Below, piece by piece: positions 57,609-64,000 of a DNA stretch of 64,000 nt. The position numbers were made by a program, and so were the translations under genes. The stretch is from Thermoanaerobaculia bacterium (GTDB lineage: Bacteria > Acidobacteriota > Thermoanaerobaculia > Multivoradales > UBA5704). The DNA lies in NCBI GenBank assembly GCA_044226625.1, contig JBGAGQ010000023.1, forward strand, positions 19,768-83,767, written 5' to 3'. Numbering within the stretch: the stretch's first letter is position 1; each line of letters starts with the position of its first letter. Below the pieces are notes generated by a model. That model worked only from the letters and a program-made list of their open reading frames with translations, made no database searches and was not told where the DNA came from.

Positions 57609-58243
57609 TCCGACTCGCGCTTCCCAAAGGACGGATCCGCGAGGCGGCGCTCGCGGCGTTCGCCGCGGCAGGCGTCGCGGTCGATCGCATCGATCCCGAA
57701 ACCCGCGCGTTGACCACGCGGCTGCCCGGCGGCGAGGTCGAGGTTCTGTTCCTCAAGGATTGGGACCTTCCGCTGTACGTCGAGCGGGGCATCGCCGACT
57801 GCGGCGTGGTCGGCTCGGACGTCCTCGGCGAGGTGGACGGCGACCTGCTGGTTCCCGCTCGCCTGCGCGACGGCGCTTGCCGGTTCTCCCTGATCGGGAA
57901 GGGAGACGGCGAACGCGTCGGCCTGCCGAAGGCGGGCGAGCAGATCCACCTTGCGACCAAGTATCCACGGACGGCGCGCCGATTGCTCGCGGGTCGCCCG
58001 TGGGGCGCCGAGATCTTGGAGCTTTCGGGTTCGGTCGAGCTCGCGCCGATGCTCGACCTCGCCGACCTCGCGCTCGACATCGTGCAGACCGGCCGGACGC
58101 TCGCCGAGAACGGACTGGTCGAGCTGGAGGTTCTCGAGACGATCCACCCTTGCCTGGTGGTTCACCGGGCTGCCTATCAACGGCATCGGCCGGTCCTGGC
58201 CGAGTGGGTGAACCGCCTCGAAGCCGCGGAGCTCACGCTATGA
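57605..58243 (+). CDS. hisG: ATP phosphoribosyltransferase, short form
   Basis: LALPKGR, ATKYP, GSVELAP, DIVQTGRTL. Confidence 0.95.
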   Translation: MIRLALPKGRIREAALAAFAAAGVAVDRIDPETRALTTRLPGGEVEVLFLKDWDLPLYVERGIADCGVVGSDVLGEVDGDLLVPARLRDGACRFSLIGKGDGERVGLPKAGEQIHLATKYPRTARRLLAGRPWGAEILELSGSVELAPMLDLADLALDIVQTGRTLAENGLVELEVLETIHPCLVVHRAAYQRHRPVLAEWVNRLEAAELTL

Positions 58244-59541
58244 AGTCCCTGCTGCGGATCGTTTCTCTTGGAGCCGACGTCGGCGAGCGCGCGTTGGCCC
58301 GGCTTGAAAGGCGGGGCGCCGCCGTCCTCGATCGAAAAGTTCAGACGGAGGCTCGCCGTATCGTGACCGGCGTGCGGCGGGAAGGGGATGCCGCGCTCCT
58401 CGATTTCGTGGCGCGGCTCGACGGAATCAGGGTCGATCAGGCGAAGGACCTACGCCTCCGTCCGGCCGATCCAGAGCGCGATCGCGCGAGCCTGCCTTCT
58501 GGCTTCGAGCGTGGGCTCGAACGGGCGATCGAGGCCGTCGAGCGCTACCACGAGGGGCGCATGCCGCTCGGTTTCGTCCGGTCGGGGGACGGCGTCGAGA
58601 TCGAGCAGGTGGTCCGCCCGCTCGCTCGCGTCGGCCTCTACGTGCCGGGAGGCCGGGCGATCTACCCCTCGACCGTGGTGATGACGGCGATTCCCGCGCG
58701 CGCGGCCGGCGTCGGGTCGATCGCGGTCGCGACACCGCCCGCGGCGTACCTAGCGAGCGCTCCGCTCCGCTACACGCTCACGCGGCTCGGCATCGACGAG
58801 GTGTGGGGAATGGGCGGCGCGCAGGCGATCGCGGCGCTCGCCTACGGAACGGAGAGCGTTCCGCGGGTCGACAAGATCCTCGGTCCCGGTAACGCTTGGG
58901 TTGCCGCGGCGAAGCTCGCCGTCCGAGGCGATGTCGCGATCGACGGGCTCGCCGGCCCGAGCGAGGTGGTGATCGCCGCCGACTCGGAAAGCGATCCCGC
59001 CGCCGTCGCGGCGGACCTGCTCGCCCAGGCCGAGCACGATCCAAGCGCGGCGGCGATCTTGATCGCGTTCGATCGCCGTTTCGCCGGCGCGGTGTGCGGA
59101 GAGCTCGAAGCGCAGCTGCCTCAGCTGTCGACCGAGGCGACCGCGCGCGCTTCTCTTGCTCGATTCGGAGCCGCTCTCGTCGCCGAGACCGACGACCAGG
59201 CGGTATTTGCGATCGAGCGGATCGCGCCGGAGCACTTGCAGCTCGTGGGACCGCTCGCGGAGCGGATCGCGCCGCGGATCGGCAACGCCGGGGCGGTGTT
59301 CCTCGGAGTGAGCACGCCCGAGGTGTTCGGCGACTACGTCGCGGGTCCGAGCCACGTGCTGCCGACCTGCGGCTCGGCCCGTTTCGCGTCGGGGGTCGAC
59401 GTCGAAGATTTCATCCGCCGATTCCATCGCGTCCGGTTCTCCTCCGCGGCGGCTCGCGAAGCCGCCGGGGCCGCGGCGACGCTCGCCGACGCCGAGGGGC
59501 TTCCGGCCCACGCTGCCGCGGCCCGCAGGAGGCTCTCATGA
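58240..59541 (+). CDS. hisD: Histidinol dehydrogenase
   Basis: GLYVPGG, GPGNAWV, AGPSE, QAEHD, PEHL, GPSHVLPT. Confidence 0.95.
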   Translation: MKSLLRIVSLGADVGERALARLERRGAAVLDRKVQTEARRIVTGVRREGDAALLDFVARLDGIRVDQAKDLRLRPADPERDRASLPSGFERGLERAIEAVERYHEGRMPLGFVRSGDGVEIEQVVRPLARVGLYVPGGRAIYPSTVVMTAIPARAAGVGSIAVATPPAAYLASAPLRYTLTRLGIDEVWGMGGAQAIAALAYGTESVPRVDKILGPGNAWVAAAKLAVRGDVAIDGLAGPSEVVIAADSESDPAAVAADLLAQAEHDPSAAAILIAFDRRFAGAVCGELEAQLPQLSTEATARASLARFGAALVAETDDQAVFAIERIAPEHLQLVGPLAERIAPRIGNAGAVFLGVSTPEVFGDYVAGPSHVLPTCGSARFASGVDVEDFIRRFHRVRFSSAAAREAAGAAATLADAEGLPAHAAAARRRLS

Positions 59542-61346
59542 TCGAAACGTCCACGTCCGGCCCGCCGTGCACCGTCGATCCTGCCTCGCTCGTCCGGCAG
59601 GAGTTGCGCGCACTCCCTGCCTACCACCTCGAGCAGACCGAGTGCCGCCACAAGCTCGACCAGAACGAGGTCCCTTGGGAGCTGCCGAGGCGGGTGAAGG
59701 AGGCGGTGCTCGAAACGCTCGGGCGGGAGCCCTGGGCGCGCTATCCCGATTTTCACGCCGACGCGCTGCGCCGCGACCTCGGCCGGCTCCATGCCTGGCC
59801 GTGGGAGGGGGTGCTCGTCGGTAACGGCTCGAACGAGCTGCTTGCGCTCGCGCTCGAAGGGGTCGCCCCGCTCGGCGGGGAAGTGCTGGTTGCCGAGCCC
59901 TGCTTCGGGCTCTATCGGATGTTCATCGAGAAGGCGGGGGCGAAACCTCTCTTTCTGCCCCCTCGGCCGGACCTCTCGCTGCCGATCGACGAGATGCTCG
60001 CCCAGGCGGAACGCGCGCCGAGCCGCCCGGTGATCCTCTGTACCCCGAACAACCCGACCGGCGCCGCCGCGACGGTCGACGAGGTCGAGGCGCTGCTCCA
60101 GCGGATGACCGGTCCGCTCCTACTGGACAATGCCTACGCGGAGTTCTGCCGCCACGACTATCGGCCGCTTCTCGCCCGCTATCCAAACCTGATGATCTTC
60201 CGGACCTTCTCGAAAGCCTGGTCGCTCGCCGGCCTCCGGCTCGGTTACCTGCTCGCCGATCCGCGGCTCGTTCGGGAGCTGGTCAAGATCAAGCTTCCCT
60301 ACAACCTGAACCGCGCGAGCGCGGCGGCAGGGCGTGCGGTGCTCGACGCGGCGGGCGCGGCCGCACGGCGGGTCGGCGCGATCCTGCGCCGCCGGCCGCA
60401 GTGGGCCGAGCGGCTGGGAGCCTCGGGATTCGAGGTCTTCCCCTCGGAAGCGAACTTCCTGCTCGCGCGGGCGCCGGGGATCGACGACGGGGCGCGGCGG
60501 GTGGCGGCGAGGCAGGGCCGCGATCGGCTCGCGGCCCATGGCATCCTCGTGCGGGACGTGGGGGGGTATCCGGGTCTGGGAGGTTGTCTCCGGGTTTCGG
60601 TAGGAAGCGGCGCCGCGTTGCGTGCCGTGACGACAGCGCTTTCGGACGAGGGCTTGGTCCCGCCGAAAAGCTCGAACCGTCGCCCTCCGATTCCCGAGTC
60701 CGCGGCGGGGGCGGCCGTGAGCGCCCACGACCTCGCGCTGGGAATGGGCTCCCGCCAGGCCCGCGTCGAGCGGTCGACCCAGGAGACGCAGATCCGCTTG
60801 CAGCTCTCGCTCGACGGCGGCGCTCGCCGCATCGGGGTTCCGAACGGGTTCTTCGGCCACATGCTCACGGCGCTCGTGACCCATAGCGGCTTCGGGATCG
60901 ACCTCGACGCCTCGGGCGACACACACGTCGACCTGCACCACACCGTGGAGGATGTGGGGATCGCGATCGGCGAGGCGATCGGCTCGGCGCTCGGCGACCG
61001 GCGCGGGCTGGTCCGGTTCGCCCACGCCTACGCGCCGCTCGATGAGGCGCTCGCTCGCGCGGTGGTCGACCTGTCGGGGCGCGGGTCGTTCCATTGGCGG
61101 GTGCCGCCGGAGCTCGCCGAATCGTGGGTGACCGCGGAGTTTCCCCTGAGCCTGACCGCCGATTTCTTCGCCGCGCTTGCCGACCGTGGGCGGCTGACGC
61201 TCCATCTCGAAGTGCTCTCGGCGCGCAACGGCCACCATGCCGCGGAAGCCGCGTTCAAGGCTGCGGCGCTCGCCCTGCGCGGAGCGGTCGCGGTCCGGGC
61301 CGGATCCTCCGATGTTCCGAGCACCAAGGGGACGCTCTCGGCATGA
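59538..61346 (+). CDS. hisC: Histidinol-phosphate aminotransferase in frame with imidazoleglycerol-phosphate dehydratase (HisC-HisB)
   Basis: HisC motifs GNGSNE, PNNPTG, RTFSKAWSLAGLRLGY; HisB motifs DLHHTVED, PLDEAL, NGHHAAEAAFK, PSTKG; no stop between them. Confidence 0.88.
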   Translation: MIETSTSGPPCTVDPASLVRQELRALPAYHLEQTECRHKLDQNEVPWELPRRVKEAVLETLGREPWARYPDFHADALRRDLGRLHAWPWEGVLVGNGSNELLALALEGVAPLGGEVLVAEPCFGLYRMFIEKAGAKPLFLPPRPDLSLPIDEMLAQAERAPSRPVILCTPNNPTGAAATVDEVEALLQRMTGPLLLDNAYAEFCRHDYRPLLARYPNLMIFRTFSKAWSLAGLRLGYLLADPRLVRELVKIKLPYNLNRASAAAGRAVLDAAGAAARRVGAILRRRPQWAERLGASGFEVFPSEANFLLARAPGIDDGARRVAARQGRDRLAAHGILVRDVGGYPGLGGCLRVSVGSGAALRAVTTALSDEGLVPPKSSNRRPPIPESAAGAAVSAHDLALGMGSRQARVERSTQETQIRLQLSLDGGARRIGVPNGFFGHMLTALVTHSGFGIDLDASGDTHVDLHHTVEDVGIAIGEAIGSALGDRRGLVRFAHAYAPLDEALARAVVDLSGRGSFHWRVPPELAESWVTAEFPLSLTADFFAALADRGRLTLHLEVLSARNGHHAAEAAFKAAALALRGAVAVRAGSSDVPSTKGTLSA

Positions 61347-61987
61347 GCGACACGGCGAGCTTCCCCGGTAGCCCAGAGATCGCCACGATCGTCGATCTCG
61401 GCGTAGGCAATCTCGGCAACGTCGCTCGGGCGATCGAGCACGTCGGCGGCACGGCCGAGGTGACCTCCGATCCGGCGCGGATCGCCGCCGCGCGTCGGCT
61501 CGTCCTGCCGGGGGTGGGCGCTTTCGCGCCGCCCCGAGAAGCCCTCCGCGGGGCGATCGAGGCGGCGTTACGCTCCGCCCTCGCCGGCGGCGCCTGGCTG
61601 CTCGGCATCTGCGTCGGCTTTCAACTCCTGTTCGAATCGAGCGAGGAATTCGGATCGACCGACGGCCTGGGGCTCCTGCCCGGGCGGATCGTCCGCTTGC
61701 CGGACGGCGTGATGCTGCCGCACATCGGTTGGAACCGCCTCCACGATGGTGTCGAGCATCCGCTGCTCGCCGGGCTCCCCGACGATCCATGGCTCTATTT
61801 CGTCCACAGCTTCGCGCCCGAGGGGGCCGACGAGGTGGCGCTCGCGTACGCCACCCACGGGCGGCGCTTCCCCGCGGTCGCCGGCCGCGGCCGGGTGCTC
61901 GGCTGCCAGTTCCATCCCGAGCGGAGCGGCGAGGCGGGGCTGCGGATGCTCAAGAATTTCCTCGCGCTTCGCGGAGAGGAGGCCTGA
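61343..61987 (+). CDS. hisH: IGP synthase glutaminase subunit
   Basis: LPGVGAF, GICVGFQ, PHIGWN, QFHPE. Confidence 0.95.
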   Translation: MSDTASFPGSPEIATIVDLGVGNLGNVARAIEHVGGTAEVTSDPARIAAARRLVLPGVGAFAPPREALRGAIEAALRSALAGGAWLLGICVGFQLLFESSEEFGSTDGLGLLPGRIVRLPDGVMLPHIGWNRLHDGVEHPLLAGLPDDPWLYFVHSFAPEGADEVALAYATHGRRFPAVAGRGRVLGCQFHPERSGEAGLRMLKNFLALRGEEA

Positions 61988-62718
61988 TGGAGCTGCTTCC
62001 CGCGATCGACCTGCGCTCCGGGCGCGCCGTCCGGCTGCGCCAGGGGGACGACGCGCGGCGGACCGTCGTCTCGGATTCCCCGGAGGAACTGCTCGACCGG
62101 TTCGCCGCCGCGGGGGTCTCGCTCGTCCACGTGGTCGACCTCGACGCCGCGTTGGGGGAGGCGCCGCAGTGCGCTCTCCTCGAACGCCTGATCGGCCGGG
62201 GGCTGCCGATCCAGGTCGGCGGCGGCCTGCGCGACCGGGGAGCGATCGAAGCGGCTCTCGCTCTCGGTGCCGAGCGAGCGGTGGTCGGCTCGCTCGTCGC
62301 GCGCGAGCCCGAGCTCTTCGCCGAGATCGCCGCGGCGTTTCCGGATCGGCTCGTGCCGGCGCTCGACGCCTCGGGAAAGACCGGCGAAGTGCGCATCGCC
62401 GGTTGGAAAGAGGGAGCGGCGCGCTCTCTCGCCGAGCTGGCTGAATCGCTCGTCGGACTTCCGTGCCCCGCCGTGCTGGTGACCGACGTCGACCGCGACG
62501 GAATGATGGAGGGGGCGAACGTCGGCCTGGCACGGCGCGTGGCGCGGGCCTCGGGGCTCCCGGCGCTTCTCTCCGGCGGGATCTCATCGCTCTCCGATCT
62601 CGCCGCGGCGCGGATCTATCCCGAGATCGCGGGAGCGATCGTCGGCCAGGCGCTCTATTCCGGAGCGTTCACGCTCGAAGAGGCGCTCGCCGCGTCTCGC
62701 GGAGTACCGTTCGCATGA
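61987..62718 (+). CDS. hisA: ProFAR isomerase
   Basis: [36 protein letters not shown]. Confidence 0.95.
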   Translation: MELLPAIDLRSGRAVRLRQGDDARRTVVSDSPEELLDRFAAAGVSLVHVVDLDAALGEAPQCALLERLIGRGLPIQVGGGLRDRGAIEAALALGAERAVVGSLVAREPELFAEIAAAFPDRLVPALDASGKTGEVRIAGWKEGAARSLAELAESLVGLPCPAVLVTDVDRDGMMEGANVGLARRVARASGLPALLSGGISSLSDLAAARIYPEIAGAIVGQALYSGAFTLEEALAASRGVPFA

Positions 62719-63521
62719 CGCTCGATGCCCCGTCCGCTCCGCTTCCCACCGGCCTCGCCCGAAGGGTGATTCCCTGCCTCGACGTACGGAACGGCCGGGT
62801 GGTCAAAGGGGTGCGGTTCGAGAACCTCAAAGACCAGGGCGATCCCGCGGAGGCCGCGGAGCGCTACGCCGCCGAACCGGACGGCGCCGACGAGATCGTC
62901 TTCCTCGACATCACCGCCGCGCCCGAGGGGCGCGACACCGACCTCGATTGGGTGCGCCGCACGGCGGAGCGGGCGTTCGTTCCGCTCACGGTGGGCGGTG
63001 GAGTGCGCGGGGTCGAAGACGGCCGGCGGCTCCTCGCCGCCGGGGCCGATAAGTTCGCGGTCAATACGGCGGCGGTGGCACGGCCGGAGCTGCTCGGCGA
63101 GCTCGCGGCCCGATTCGGCAGCCAGTGCGTCGTCCTCTCGGTCGACGCGCGAAGGTGCGCGGCGGGCACCTGGGAAGTAGTGACCCATGGCGGCCGAAAA
63201 CAAGCCGGGAGGGACGCGCTCGATTGGATCTGCGAGGGGGTCGAGCGGGGGGCCGGCGAAATTCTGCTGACCTCGATCGACGGAGACGGCACGCGGGAGG
63301 GGTACGACCTTCCCCTTCTTCGCGCCGCGATCGGATCGGTCGGGGTGCCGGTGATCGCTTCCGGCGGCGCGGGCTCTCCCGACCACCTGGCCGCCGCGCT
63401 CGAGGCGGGGGCCGCCGCGGTGCTCGCGGCGTCGATTTTTCACGGCGGCGAGTGGAGCGTCGCCGCGATCAAACGGGAGCTCGCGGAGCGCGGATTCCCC
63501 ATGCGCAGGGAGGAACGATGA
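62715..63521 (+). CDS. hisF: IGP synthase cyclase subunit
   Basis: [35 protein letters not shown]. Confidence 0.96.
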   Translation: MTLDAPSAPLPTGLARRVIPCLDVRNGRVVKGVRFENLKDQGDPAEAAERYAAEPDGADEIVFLDITAAPEGRDTDLDWVRRTAERAFVPLTVGGGVRGVEDGRRLLAAGADKFAVNTAAVARPELLGELAARFGSQCVVLSVDARRCAAGTWEVVTHGGRKQAGRDALDWICEGVERGAGEILLTSIDGDGTREGYDLPLLRAAIGSVGVPVIASGGAGSPDHLAAALEAGAAAVLAASIFHGGEWSVAAIKRELAERGFPMRREER

Positions 63522-64000
63522 CGGCTCCGAATCTCGACGCCCTCCGCTTTGGCCCGGACGGTTTGCTGCCCGCGATCGTCCAGGAGGTCGAGTCGGGAGC
63601 GGTGCGGATGCTCGCGTGGGCGAATCGAGAGGCGATCGAGCGGACGCTTTCCACCGGCGAGGTCTGGTTCTACAGCCGCTCGCGGCAGGCGCTCTGGCGG
63701 AAGGGAGAGACCTCGGGTAACGTCCTTTCCCTGGTGGACCTCCGAGCCGATTGCGACGGCGACGCGCTGCTTCTCCGCGTCCGCGCGCACGGGCCGACCT
63801 GCCACACGGGTGCACGCACCTGCTTCGAGAGCGGCCAGGAGAGAACTGAGGACGCTGAGGCGTCCGATCCGACGCGGCTGGAGCTCGGTTGGCTCGCCGC
63901 GGTGATCGCCGGGCGCCGCGGCGCCGAGCCGGACCAGAGCTATACCGCGCGCCTGCTCGCCGAGGGGATCGAGCGGATCGCTCAGAAAGTCGGAGAGGAG
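63518..64000 (+). CDS. hisIE: Bifunctional PR-AMP cyclohydrolase / PR-ATP pyrophosphatase (runs off the window)
   Basis: Hand-translated: [41 protein letters not shown]. Confidence 0.93.
   Translation, partial: MTAPNLDALRFGPDGLLPAIVQEVESGAVRMLAWANREAIERTLSTGEVWFYSRSRQALWRKGETSGNVLSLVDLRADCDGDALLLRVRAHGPTCHTGARTCFESGQERTEDAEASDPTRLELGWLAAVIAGRRGAEPDQSYTARLLAEGIERIAQKVGEE

Overview
GC-rich bacterial chromosomal window. An ADOP-type permease, a DUF4760-like gene and a repeated C-terminal module suggest Acidobacteriota, probably Thermoanaerobaculia-like (inference). In order, it carries: three paralogous secreted proteins, of which the two complete ones end in DRQAF; csbD; a chelatase-like AAA+/VWA pair split by an insert holding an unannotated 58-aa Cys/Thr-rich RiPP-like precursor, a NarL-type two-component system with a frameshifted kinase, and a serine hydrolase; trxB; an AAA/nucleotidyltransferase islet; sdaA; ferritin; several peptidases; ssb; dtd; a MATE-DUF2239 operon with palindromic operators; an RND efflux pump; SRAP; fadE; argE-like/hutF; an aroD-aroE fusion; two orphan secreted proteins; an AT-rich array with 20-bp period that is interrupted by a complete IS66 element; and a his operon (hisZ-G-D-C/B-H-A-F-IE) preceded by a His-rich leader peptide and attenuator. 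No rRNA, tRNA or CRISPR array was seen. Product calls come from motifs recognised by eye, not from database searches. Three apparent frame anomalies suggest possible indel errors in the assembly.
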